DNA of 64,000 nt from positions 456 to 64,455 of the forward strand of contig JAHDSB010000017.1 in NCBI GenBank assembly GCA_018433015.1. Direction: 5' to 3'. Source of the DNA: Clostridia bacterium (GTDB taxonomy: Bacteria; Bacillota; Peptococcia; DRI-13; SV3-B141). The position numbers and the translations under genes are program-made. Below the pieces are notes generated by a model. It was not told where the DNA came from. It was given only the letters and a program-made list of their open reading frames with translations, and made no database searches. Shown here in pieces: positions 18,009-26,464 of the stretch (positions are counted from its first letter, which is position 1; the number at the start of each line of letters is the position of its first letter).

Positions 18009-18826
18009 CTTTGATCACTTTCCTTATTTTCATCAAAACGTGATTTGTCCCAAAATTTATTACTTTTTTCCCTTATTTCAATCTTTGTCAATTCACGGGG
18101 CCAAAGTTGAATATGCCTTCCTTGACGCATGGCCGCTGCTAGATGGGAGAACACATTGAGGTTGTCTTTTTTTAAATTTCTAATTAAATCTTTTACTTCA
18201 GCCCTTTTTGTCACCTCGTTTACGGGACAAGAACTAGCTATAGGAGTTATTCCTAACTTCTTCACGACTCGTTTTATATCACTTTCTCGTAGATATACTA
18301 AGGGCCGAATTACTGTTATTCCTGTCCTATCCAAATAAGTTTTTGGTAAAAACGTTGTTATTTGTCCCGAATATATTATGCTCATGAGAAAAGTTTCCAC
18401 TGCATCGTCATAATGATGGGCAAAAGCTACCTTATTAAAACCATGATCCTTAGCATAATTATGAATAATGGCTCTACGCATATAGGAGCAACGAGCACAT
18501 GGATTTTGGGTGGGATTATTAAGGATCTCATCTGCCAGTTCAGCTTGTACAATTTCATAAGGGACCTCAAGGTTATTACAAATATCCTTTAAGGGACCAA
18601 AGCTATTTTGATTTTCAGGGTCAAAACCCATATCTACCGTAAGAGCGGCAATCTTCACTGGGAAGGGCAAATGTTTTGTGAATACAGAAAAAGCATATAG
18701 CATCAAAAGACTATCTTTTCCTCCCGATAAACCTATTAAAATATTATCACCTGATTCTACTAAATCAAATTCTATTACTGCTCTTTGTATAGTTCTTATT
18801 ATACTTTTAGGTATCGATGTACGCAT
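17990..18826 (-). CDS. ttcA: tRNA 2-thiocytidine biosynthesis protein TtcA family (PP-loop ATPase)
   Basis: Track ORF 17990..18844. The ATG at 18826 (MRTSIPKS...) lies 8 nt after AGGAGA. PP-loop LSGGKDS. Cys motifs CARCSYMRR and SSCP. Confidence 0.8.
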   Translation of the reverse strand: MRTSIPKSIIRTIQRAVIEFDLVESGDNILIGLSGGKDSLLMLYAFSVFTKHLPFPVKIAALTVDMGFDPENQNSFGPLKDICNNLEVPYEIVQAELADEILNNPTQNPCARCSYMRRAIIHNYAKDHGFNKVAFAHHYDDAVETFLMSIIYSGQITTFLPKTYLDRTGITVIRPLVYLRESDIKRVVKKLGITPIASSCPVNEVTKRAEVKDLIRNLKKDNLNVFSHLAAAMRQGRHIQLWPRELTKIEIREKSNKFWDKSRFDENKESDQRNNPDI

Positions 18827-18976
18827 TTCAATATCTCCTAACACATATATTTAGGTAATCCATAATTACAAATACTCCACAAAAACTGTTAGTAAACATT
18901 AATATTTTCAACATATGAATAAAAATCATCCAAAATTTAAATAATATTTTAAGTAGCAATAAAAGGAGGTGTTTAT

Positions 18977-19132
18977 ATGCCTAATAACAGTATTGGATGC
19001 AATGTTTCAGAATGTAAATATCATGCTAAAAATATCAATCAATGTACTCTAGACCATATTGAAGTTATTAAACATAAGTCTCCTGCTGTAACTACAGAAA
19101 ATACAGATTGTGGTAGTTTTGAAAAAGAATAA
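18977..19132 (+). CDS. DUF1540-like small cysteine-rich protein (51 aa)
   Basis: Not in the ORF track (under 60 aa). AAAGGAGG lies 7 nt upstream. Translation: MPNNSIGCNVSECKYHAKNINQCTLDHIEVIKHKSPAVTTENTDCGSFEKE. It shares the C-x4-C...C...C pattern with ORF 28681..28881. Confidence 0.65.
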   Translation: MPNNSIGCNVSECKYHAKNINQCTLDHIEVIKHKSPAVTTENTDCGSFEKE

Positions 19133-19259
19133 TACCATACCTTATCAAACAAAAAGTATTATTACAGAGATTAAATTTTTCCCTATAATTTAAAAAAGTA
19201 GTATCAATAATATATTGCTTAATATTGATAAAACTGTCAAGAACTATTCATTAAAATTT

Positions 19260-19286
19260 GCGGAACCCCTTAAAAAGGAGTTCCGC
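19260..19286. terminator. Hairpin terminator between the DUF1540 gene and the Gly-Pro repeat gene
   Basis: GCGGAAC / GTTCCGC stem. T-rich on the + side. Confidence 0.5.
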
Positions 19287-19319
19287 TTCTATTTTCAGCC
19301 TTTATTTTTCTTCTTCTAA

Positions 19320-19898
19320 CTAATCCTTTGCGTTAGTGGGATTTTCTTCATAGCTCTCTTCAGCACCTGGTCGTGGACAAGGACCGTATCCTGGACCACC
19401 AGGGCATGGGCCACCTGGGCCGGGACCTGCTCCAAAGCCTGGACCGAATCCTGGCCCAGGGCCATATCCCGGACCTGGGCCGGGACCTGCTCCAAAACCT
19501 GGACCGAATCCTGGACCAGGGCCATATCCCGGACCTGGGCCGGGGCCTGCTCCAAAACCTGGACCGAATCCTGGGCCAGGGCCATATCCCGGACCTGGGC
19601 CGAATCCTGGACCAGGGCCATATCCCGGACCTGGGCCGGGGCCTGCTCCAAAGCCTGGACCGAATCCTGGACCAGGGCCATATCCCGGACCTGGGCCGGG
19701 GCCTGCTCCAAAACCTGGGCCGAATCCTGGGCCAGGACCATATCCCGGACCTTGACCGGGACATCCAGGTCCCTGTTCCGGTTGTGGTCTTATACCTGAA
19801 CTAGGTCCAGGGAAACATTCTGTAGTAGCTTCATACGAGAACGATTTTCCACAATAAGGACATTGTATTTCATTAGTTTTAATACTATCTTGGTCCAT
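19320..19898 (-). CDS. Zinc-ribbon-like protein with a long Gly/Pro/Tyr/Phe low-complexity repeat tail (192 aa)
   Basis: Track ORF 19320..19988. The ATG at 19898 (MDQDSIKTNEIQCPYCGKSFSYEATTEC...) is preceded by AGGAGGA (19908-19914). The body is an iteration of GPGYGPGPGFGPGFGAGPGP. Confidence 0.7.
   Translation of the reverse strand: MDQDSIKTNEIQCPYCGKSFSYEATTECFPGPSSGIRPQPEQGPGCPGQGPGYGPGPGFGPGFGAGPGPGPGYGPGPGFGPGFGAGPGPGPGYGPGPGFGPGPGYGPGPGFGPGFGAGPGPGPGYGPGPGFGPGFGAGPGPGPGYGPGPGFGPGFGAGPGPGGPCPGGPGYGPCPRPGAEESYEENPTNAKD
19381..19760. repeat. 60-bp tandem repeat, about 6.5 copies, inside the Gly-Pro gene
   Basis: The unit is ggaccgaatcctggaccagggccatatcccggacctgggccggggcctgctccaaaacct. 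It repeats in register at 19381, 19441, 19501 and 19561. The fourth copy lacks 24 bp, after which the register shifts. Copies differ by only a few substitutions. Confidence 0.9.
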
Positions 19899-20052
19899 AT
19901 ATAAAATCCTCCTTAGTTTATTGTAACCACTACATTCTATGTATAAATACAATAAATGGTTAAACATCTGGGTAAATGGCATAAGCATTTAAAAATATAA
20001 GAACCTACCAAAAAACTAAGGTAGGTCCCTTCTTTCTAAAAATATCTTTTTT

Positions 20053-20769
20053 TCACCTAGCACATAAAAGTTCAAGTTCTTTTTCTCTCAATTGTCGATA
20101 TTGACCTAGCTCTAAGCTTTCATCTAAAAACAACTCGCCCATTCCTAACCGTTTTAAATATAGTACTTCTTTTCCTACTGCTCGAAACATCCTTTTAACC
20201 TGGTGGTACTTGCCTTCATATATTACCAGTTTAATCTCCGAAGTTTCACCCTCTTTCACAATCGTTAGCTCTCCAGGTTTTGTTTTATAGCCATCTTCCA
20301 GAACTACTCCCAGGGCAAAAGCTTCTCTATCTTCCTCGGTTACTCTCCCTTTTACTACTGCATAGTAAGTTTTAGGTACCTTTTTTTTAGGTGTAGTTAG
20401 GATATGACCTAACTTCCCATCATTAGTTATAATCAACAAACCTTCCGTATCTTTATCAAGACGTCCTACAGGGAATGGATGAAAAGCTCGGTCTTGTGGG
20501 GACAATAAATCCAGCACAGTCATAGCTGTTTCATCCTCTGTAGCGGAAAGATAACCAGCAGGTTTATTTAGCATCACATAAATATATTTTTGATACACTA
20601 CCTTTTCTTCCCCTACCTGGATATTAGATTCATCCGGATTCACTTTATAAGCAGGATCTCGTATTATAATACTATTTACTGATACTAAGCCTTTTTTAAT
20701 CAACTTTCTTGTTTCTTTTCTAGTCCCCCACCCCATATCAGATAATATCTTATCTAAACGCAACACCAT
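20053..20769 (-). CDS. Pseudouridine synthase, RsuA/RluB family (S4 domain plus catalytic domain)
   Basis: Track ORF 20053..20802. The start is probably the ATG at 20769 (MVLRLDKILS...), downstream of the preceding gene's stop. Motifs GRLDKDTEGL and GKYHQVKRM. Confidence 0.85.
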   Translation of the reverse strand: MVLRLDKILSDMGWGTRKETRKLIKKGLVSVNSIIIRDPAYKVNPDESNIQVGEEKVVYQKYIYVMLNKPAGYLSATEDETAMTVLDLLSPQDRAFHPFPVGRLDKDTEGLLIITNDGKLGHILTTPKKKVPKTYYAVVKGRVTEEDREAFALGVVLEDGYKTKPGELTIVKEGETSEIKLVIYEGKYHQVKRMFRAVGKEVLYLKRLGMGELFLDESLELGQYRQLREKELELLCAR

Positions 20770-20783
20770 CAGTAACATCCTCT

Positions 20784-22187
20784 CTAATCTAATAGACGCC
20801 AACCTGGAGGATAATAATTTTTAAGATTATCAGTAGTTTGTTTAGCCCACCCCAAAGGATATTTTTCTAAACATACCAAAGTCCAACCTTTAGGGCCCTC
20901 CACAAGAAGAGTTTCCCCCTTCAAATAACGCTTTACATCTTTATCTTCCAGGGAAAATTGGATACTTCTCTTTACATCCTTGATTGTAAGACCCATAGCT
21001 AAAGCTTGGGAAGGCTCGAATCTTTTGTTCTTTAATATTCCTAAAAACCAACCAGGTCTCGCTACTTTTAGTCCCTGTAAAGAAGGCATTCCCTCTGGAA
21101 CTCTATAGACATAATTACCTTGTTGTATGAGGTTGCCTTCTATAGGTTTTGTTAAGTTTTCTGCCATAAAAGTAGCTAAGGTATCTATTTTTTTATTCTC
21201 AGTCCAAGTTAAATTATTCTGCTGTTCTATTATCACTTTATCATCTTTCTGAAAGAGAGCCAAATAATGTCCTTCCCCTTTAATTTTATGGGGCCATAAC
21301 CTTCTTGTTTTGACTAAATCTTGGGCTCTCTTATTTCTGTTATCAACCCATTCCGTTCTGCCTGTATCCCATCCAGGGTAAACAGGTAATTCACACAAAA
21401 AATAATCAGGATGATCTTCTAAAAATTTAATAATAACTTGTTCATCTTCTTCCGGAGAAAAGGTACAAGTAGAATAAAGCAACTTTCCACCTGGTTTTAA
21501 CATTTTTGCAGCTGTACTTAATATTTCTGTCTGTAACGTACTACACATCTCATTATTATAACCAGTCCAACTTTTAGCTGCTTTCATATCCTTACGAAAC
21601 ATTCCTTCTCCTGAACAAGGCGCATCTACTAAGATCTTATCAAAAAAATTACTAAACCTGTCTGCCAATTTAGCAGGCTCTTCATTGGTAACAACCGTGT
21701 TTACTGCCCCCCAATGTTCCAAGTTCCAAACAAGAGCTTTAACCCGCTCCTTACTAAGATCATTACTGACTAATAGTCCTTCTCCTTGCAGCATGGTAGC
21801 TAATTGTGTAGATTTTCCCCCGGGAGCCGCACATAAATCTAATACTTTTTCTCCCGGTTTTACATCTAAACAAGCCGCTGGCGCCATGGCACTTGGTTCC
21901 TGCAAATAATACAATCCCGCTTGATAATAAGGATGTTTAGCCGGTCTAGTACCATAATTATAATAAAAACCATTATCTGTCCATGGTATCTTCTGTAGTG
22001 CAAATATTCCCGCATTTAAGAAATCTTCCACCGATATCTTTAGATTATTAACCCGTAACCCTTGGTAAGGTAAATATTGCCATGTATCTAATAAATCATT
22101 CCATTCATGTAACAGTAAATTCTGCATTTTTTTTATGAATTCTTCCGGAAGCTTTATTTTAGATGGATTTTTATCTTTTGTTACCAC
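20784..22187 (-). CDS. RsmB/RsmF-family rRNA cytosine-C5 methyltransferase
   Basis: Motifs DLCAAPGGKS, DAPCSGEG and YSTCT. The C-terminal PUA-like extension is typical of RsmF. GTG start follows GGAG. Confidence 0.85.
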   Translation of the reverse strand: MVTKDKNPSKIKLPEEFIKKMQNLLLHEWNDLLDTWQYLPYQGLRVNNLKISVEDFLNAGIFALQKIPWTDNGFYYNYGTRPAKHPYYQAGLYYLQEPSAMAPAACLDVKPGEKVLDLCAAPGGKSTQLATMLQGEGLLVSNDLSKERVKALVWNLEHWGAVNTVVTNEEPAKLADRFSNFFDKILVDAPCSGEGMFRKDMKAAKSWTGYNNEMCSTLQTEILSTAAKMLKPGGKLLYSTCTFSPEEDEQVIIKFLEDHPDYFLCELPVYPGWDTGRTEWVDNRNKRAQDLVKTRRLWPHKIKGEGHYLALFQKDDKVIIEQQNNLTWTENKKIDTLATFMAENLTKPIEGNLIQQGNYVYRVPEGMPSLQGLKVARPGWFLGILKNKRFEPSQALAMGLTIKDVKRSIQFSLEDKDVKRYLKGETLLVEGPKGWTLVCLEKYPLGWAKQTTDNLKNYYPPGWRLLD

Positions 22188-22258
22188 TATTCCACTCCTA
22201 ATATTAGGTTTTTATTAGCTGCAAGTGGGGAACAAACCCCACTTATAAAAGCGATTTT

Positions 22259-22945
22259 TTATCTTTTTATTGCTTCAAGTCGATAAATAGGCTGTCCTAA
22301 ATTAGTAAACCTACGCTCATATTCTGTCATAATATATTCAGGATATTGCTTAAGCAAAAACTCTTGGGGATATAATATTTTATTTCTGTTATTTTTTATG
22401 GAATGCAAATCACGTGTAACCTTACGCAAAGAAAAGCCTTCATCAGCAAAGTTCTGCAAAGAGAATTCGAATAGATTTTCATTGTCTGTTTTCATATGTA
22501 TTTCACCCTTATTTTTTAGCAGATACTTGTAGATGTCCAAAAACTTAGGATGAGTAAGGCGTCTCTTCGCGTGTCGGTTTTTTGGCCAAGGATCACTAAA
22601 ATTAAGGTATATTCTTGCTATTTGACCTTGTTCAAATAGCAGGGGGAGCATCTCCACATCATATAAAAGATAACGTAAGTTCTTTAATTTCTTCCTTTTC
22701 CATTTTTTTATGGAAATATATAGTACCTCCGGAACTCTCTCCACTCCAATAAAATTTATGTGGGGATTTAATTCCCCTTGAGTGGAAATAAAACCACCCT
22801 TTCCACATCCTAATTCAAGATATAGCGAGTTATTATTGTTGAAAACCTTCTCCCAATTAACTTTTTGTTCCTTAGTATGTTTGACAACAATATCCGGCAT
22901 ATCATCTAATACAGCATTAACACCTGGTTTACGTCGTATGCGCAT
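22259..22945 (-). CDS. trmB: tRNA (guanine-N7)-methyltransferase
   Basis: LELGCGKGGF SAM motif and the FSDPWPK motif. Confidence 0.85.
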   Translation of the reverse strand: MRIRRKPGVNAVLDDMPDIVVKHTKEQKVNWEKVFNNNNSLYLELGCGKGGFISTQGELNPHINFIGVERVPEVLYISIKKWKRKKLKNLRYLLYDVEMLPLLFEQGQIARIYLNFSDPWPKNRHAKRRLTHPKFLDIYKYLLKNKGEIHMKTDNENLFEFSLQNFADEGFSLRKVTRDLHSIKNNRNKILYPQEFLLKQYPEYIMTEYERRFTNLGQPIYRLEAIKR

Positions 22946-23012
22946 GAAACTAACCTCCTAATAACAATCACCTTTCAGATAATATAATTTTTTTTTAATT
23001 CTTGCAAGATCT

Positions 23013-23417
23013 TTAAAGCCTAATTTTCTTGAGGGTTTCATGCAATCGTTCGAAAAATAAACCGACAATAAACCATGCCGGCGCATAATCAAGCCTAATT
23101 AAACCATTGACATGGTAGGGAGTAGAAGTAGTATAATCCCAGGGACACTGACCTAATAATAAACGCAGTAAACCTCCCATCGCATATTCTATTGCAAAAA
23201 TAATTAGTGTCCATATTAAGCCGCGCACGTACCAGGGTAAATGTTTGATTTCCTCATGGATGGGTTCCATAAATATAGCTAAACCATAAATAGGAAACAT
23301 CCATAAATAGGTAAAACCTCTTAAGTTTATGTTCCCTAGTAACAGGGAATGTAAACCTGTCCAAAATATCTCCATGGACCATCCAATAGTTCCATATATT
23401 ATAAATCGCTTCAACAT
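23013..23417 (-). CDS. Small membrane protein (putative 'ABC-transporter type IV'/CmpB-like family)
   Basis: Four TM helices and a CPWDY motif. The family name is from memory. Confidence 0.5.
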   Translation of the reverse strand: MLKRFIIYGTIGWSMEIFWTGLHSLLLGNINLRGFTYLWMFPIYGLAIFMEPIHEEIKHLPWYVRGLIWTLIIFAIEYAMGGLLRLLLGQCPWDYTTSTPYHVNGLIRLDYAPAWFIVGLFFERLHETLKKIRL

Positions 23418-23625
23418 GTATTTAGTTTGGCTAATATTCCCTTGAATTATTATTATTTTTTTCTACTTAATGATTGAAAAAAAATATAATCCAATGTATA
23501 CTTTAGATACCTGTAATATGCTTGAAGGGTACCTATTAGAATCTAGACCATTTTTCCTGGAGTTAGATTTTATAGATACTACAAGTACGCAGGAAATTAA
23601 ATCTAACCCAGGGGGGATTACGTTA

Positions 23626-23898
23626 ATGGAAGATAAGGTCCTGGTTTGTAAAGATTGTGGAAAAGAGTTTGTATTTTCTGTAGATGAGCAGCAATTTTTC
23701 GCAGAGAAAGGGTTCACTAACGAACCTACACGCTGCATAGATTGCAGAAGATCACGGAGACAGCAAAACACTCGGAATAAGAGGGAATATTATACCGTAA
23801 CTTGCTCCAAATGCGGTATTGAAACACAAGTTCCTTTTAAACCCAATGGAACTAAACCCGTATATTGCCGTGATTGCTTTAATGAAATGAAAATGTAA
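23626..23898 (+). CDS. CxxC-x17-CxxC zinc-ribbon domain protein (90 aa)
   Basis: Track ORF 23470..23898. The conserved part starts at the ATG at 23626 (MEDKVLVCKDCGKEFVFSVDEQQFFAEKGFTNEPTRCIDCRR...), which follows GGGGGGA. A second CSKC...CRDC pair is present. Confidence 0.7.
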   Translation: MEDKVLVCKDCGKEFVFSVDEQQFFAEKGFTNEPTRCIDCRRSRRQQNTRNKREYYTVTCSKCGIETQVPFKPNGTKPVYCRDCFNEMKM

Positions 23899-23926
23899 AA
23901 AAATGCCCTACAATGAGTAGGGCTTT

Positions 23927-24268
23927 TTATTTAGTCGCTTGGTTAGGCTTTATTTCATTATTATCTATCCATTTTAATAATAGTTTACGGGCAACGCTCT
24001 GAAATGCCGGTGTTTTAAGCATTTCCAGCATACTATCAATTTGGTCTTCTGTGAGCTCTTTCATGGCCGCTTCATCATGCATAGAAACAGCTATATTACT
24101 TTCCCTTATCTTTAAATTATTTATAACATTTAACATAGCATCTAATTTATAAGTTCCTTCGTCCATTAACTTACGTAAATTTTCACATTTTTCTTTCATC
24201 GTTTTTATTTCAGTAGTCATAGAAGATATATCTTCCATTACCTTAACTGATTTTTCCTGATTATTCAT
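23927..24268 (-). CDS. Hypothetical coiled-coil protein (113 aa) sharing a C-terminal module with 25646..26371
   Basis: Track ORF. RBS AAGGAGGTGGG. IDSMLEMLKTPAFQSVARKLLLKWI aligns with VDEFLELLQAPVFQNVLRQFLIGVL of the paralog. Confidence 0.6.
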   Translation of the reverse strand: MNNQEKSVKVMEDISSMTTEIKTMKEKCENLRKLMDEGTYKLDAMLNVINNLKIRESNIAVSMHDEAAMKELTEDQIDSMLEMLKTPAFQSVARKLLLKWIDNNEIKPNQATK

Positions 24269-24338
24269 GTACCCACCTCCTTAAATAATCGCATCATATT
24301 GTATGATGATATAAATATAATGTGAATAGAAATGAAAA

Positions 24339-24369
24339 GAAAAGGCGCCCTTATATATTGCGCCTTTTC
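24339..24369 (-). terminator. Terminator after the tiny TM protein gene
   Basis: GAAAAGGCGC / GCGCCTTTTC stem. T-rich on the minus strand. Confidence 0.7.
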
Positions 24370-24388
24370 TTTTATTATTTACCTGCTT

Positions 24389-24508
24389 TTAATAGCCATA
24401 ACCACCAAAGAAGCTAGGGAAGAGAAGAAGGATCAAGATTACTAAAAAGAAAATAGAAAACCCGCTGCGGCCAGGATAACCATAACCAGGGCTATTGGTT
24501 TCAGCCAT
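24389..24508 (-). CDS. Tiny transmembrane protein, YjcZ-like sporulation-protein pattern (39 aa)
   Basis: Not in the ORF track. AAGGAGGT lies 7 nt upstream. Translation: MAETNSPGYGYPGRSGFSIFFLVILILLLFPSFFGGYGY. Gly/Tyr ends flank one TM helix, and a terminator follows. Confidence 0.6.
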   Translation of the reverse strand: MAETNSPGYGYPGRSGFSIFFLVILILLLFPSFFGGYGY

Positions 24509-24624
24509 TCTAAGTACCTCCTTAAGATGCTATTTGGGGAAGAGTAAGGATTGCTTCTCCTACTCTGTTTCATAAAACATTTGTGCTAATTATTTTACCT
24601 ACATTTACCTATTTTACTTTTCTA

Positions 24625-24765
24625 CTAGCATCCATAATAGGGATATGGCCTAAATAGTAATGGACAAATACAACAGAACAATATAATCAGTAATATAATC
24701 CATATCCAACTACTGCATCCGCCGCCAAAAAAGAATTGATCAGTATTTACGTTTTCTTCCATCAT
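24625..24765 (-). CDS. Tiny Cys-rich transmembrane protein (46 aa)
   Basis: Not in the ORF track. AGGAGGT lies 6 nt upstream. Translation: MMEENVNTDQFFFGGGCSSWIWIILLIILFCCICPLLFRPYPYYGC. Confidence 0.5.
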   Translation of the reverse strand: MMEENVNTDQFFFGGGCSSWIWIILLIILFCCICPLLFRPYPYYGC

Positions 24766-24780
24766 AATTATACCTCCTAC

Positions 24781-25059
24781 CTAAATATGATTATTTTCAT
24801 TCATGCTCTTTAATCCTGAAGTACTCTCTTTGCTTGCCTTATTTTTATTTTTAACGCTGGAACTAGAGACACCTATTCCAGGAAAAAAGAGCAAAAGAAA
24901 CAAGATTAAAAAAACAATCCCAAAAGCCTTAGCGTAACTTATCTTCATCCCAAATACTGTTATTTCATTTTCATTTCTTCTGTTCTTTAACTCTTTTTTT
25001 TCATCTCTAACATGACCCATCTCCGGTCCAAAAGATTGAAAGTAATTAGGATACATCAT
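24781..25059 (-). CDS. Hypothetical single-pass membrane protein (92 aa)
   Basis: Track ORF. RBS GGGAGGAGG. Central TM helix FGIVFLILFLLLFFPGIGV. Confidence 0.5.
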   Translation of the reverse strand: MMYPNYFQSFGPEMGHVRDEKKELKNRRNENEITVFGMKISYAKAFGIVFLILFLLLFFPGIGVSSSSVKNKNKASKESTSGLKSMNENNHI

Positions 25060-25129
25060 AAATCCTTACCTCCTCCCTGCTATTTATCCTATGATTTTTA
25101 GAGAAAAAGGGTTCCAATGCATTACTTAA

Positions 25130-25555
25130 TTAATCACCGGATATAGCTATTTTTTGTTTTTGATTAAATTTATCTCTCTTGAGGGTAACTTCTAATATAT
25201 TGTCTTTAGCCACTGCTCTACCCCCATACTTCTGTACAGCCGTGGGTAAAGCAACTTTAGCCTCAATATCACCTTGCAGAATCAACTGATAACCGTCTAA
25301 ATATATTTTTATATTCTCTTTATTGACCCCCTGATTATGTTTAAATGTCACAATTACATGTTCATCATTGATACGTACCTCAGGATTATTAAAATTAGCC
25401 TCTGTATTAACCCATCCGTTGCTATCTTGTATTGAAGCCGGTCCCATATATTGAGTCATTTGGTTTAATAAACTTTGTGTATTATCAAAAGTTGATTTCA
25501 TAAATTGCCGATATTCCTCCCAAAATTCTGGCGATATCGGAGAATTTATTTGCAT
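25130..25555 (-). CDS. Hsp20/alpha-crystallin-domain protein (CotP/CotM-like)
   Basis: Track ORF. The C-terminal ~90 aa (VRINDEHVIVTFKH...IKIYLDGYQLILQG...DNILEVTLKRD) has the alpha-crystallin beta-sandwich pattern. Confidence 0.6.
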   Translation of the reverse strand: MQINSPISPEFWEEYRQFMKSTFDNTQSLLNQMTQYMGPASIQDSNGWVNTEANFNNPEVRINDEHVIVTFKHNQGVNKENIKIYLDGYQLILQGDIEAKVALPTAVQKYGGRAVAKDNILEVTLKRDKFNQKQKIAISGD

Positions 25556-25645
25556 AGATTCTCACCCCATCTTACTTTCTAATATAAGATATGTATAAAA
25601 CCCAAGAAATGATAAAAGCCGGTATTTAACCGGCCACCTATATTA

Positions 25646-26371
25646 TTACTTTTTAACTAATACTCCGATAAGAAATTGTCGTAAAACATTTTGGAATACT
25701 GGTGCTTGTAATAATTCTAAAAACTCATCAACTGTATCTTTATTAGTCTTTACTCCCTGTACTGAAGCCTGCGGTTTATTTATTCTTCTCTCTTCATTGG
25801 CCTTTATTATATCCATTATTTGCATAAAACTATCCAATTTGAAAATAACTTCATCAAACATATTTTTAGCATTATCTACCTGTCCTTTTGCATTTACAAG
25901 TTTATTCTCCATATTACTTAATTGACCTATAAGTTTTTCACTTACATTTACAGATATATCTTCTTCCTTGCTTCCCTTTGCTTCTTCACTGGCAGTACCT
26001 TCATGAGGAATTTCCTGTTCCGGTGTTTTACTATTATCATACTTTGCCTTTTTATCATCATTAGGTGTATCTTTGATCCCTTGCTCAATTTGAAAATTAT
26101 CTTGCTGGGAAACTTCGTGAGCTTTAGGTTCTGTTTGTTTTTTTTGTTCATTCAGATCATTATTGATGCTTTGTTTATTTTCATTTTCCGGCAATTTTTC
26201 TGCCACATCTCTATTTTCTTCCTTCCGGGAATTTTCATTAGGATAGTTAGGATAATTAGGATAATTAGGATATCTTCTAGGGACCATGTATCTACCAGGG
26301 AAGTAGGGCATAGGTGGTCTAACTTTTTCAGGTCTCCTTTCCCCATCGAAAAAAAAGCGTAAACTCGCCAT
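25646..26371 (-). CDS. Hypothetical protein with a PNY triple repeat, a long acidic/lysine-rich linker and a C-terminal module paralogous to 23927..24268
   Basis: Track ORF 25646..26392. The ATG at 26371 (MASLRFFFDGERRP...) follows AAGAGGTGA. Contains RRYPNYPNYPNYPN. Confidence 0.6.
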   Translation of the reverse strand: MASLRFFFDGERRPEKVRPPMPYFPGRYMVPRRYPNYPNYPNYPNENSRKEENRDVAEKLPENENKQSINNDLNEQKKQTEPKAHEVSQQDNFQIEQGIKDTPNDDKKAKYDNSKTPEQEIPHEGTASEEAKGSKEEDISVNVSEKLIGQLSNMENKLVNAKGQVDNAKNMFDEVIFKLDSFMQIMDIIKANEERRINKPQASVQGVKTNKDTVDEFLELLQAPVFQNVLRQFLIGVLVKK

Positions 26372-26464
26372 TTTGGTCACCTCTTTATACACTTCGCTTA
26401 TTCATCATATGAAAAATATTAAAAAAGCGTGTTTAAAATAATAAAAGAGGTCTCGCCTCTTTTA

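Noticed and set aside
19316-19804. Three additional long ORFs overlapping the Gly-Pro gene: 19316..19741 (-), 19360..19764 (-) and 19373..19804 (+).
   Set aside because: They are artefacts of the stop-free 60-bp GC-rich repeat, which is open in several frames. Only the frame starting at 19898 has an RBS and a non-repetitive N-terminal domain.
23463-23771. The long upstream part of ORF 23470..23898, and the antisense ORF 23463..23771.
   Set aside because: The conserved zinc-ribbon protein begins at the ATG at 23626, which has its own G-rich RBS. The upstream 52 codons and the antisense ORF lack any motif or RBS.
25922-26362. ORFs 25922..26362 (+), 25948..26151 (-) and 26152..26346 (-), which overlap gene 25646..26371.
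   Set aside because: They are low-complexity Phe/Ile/Lys-rich shadow frames of an AT-rich, charged-linker-encoding gene. They have no RBS.
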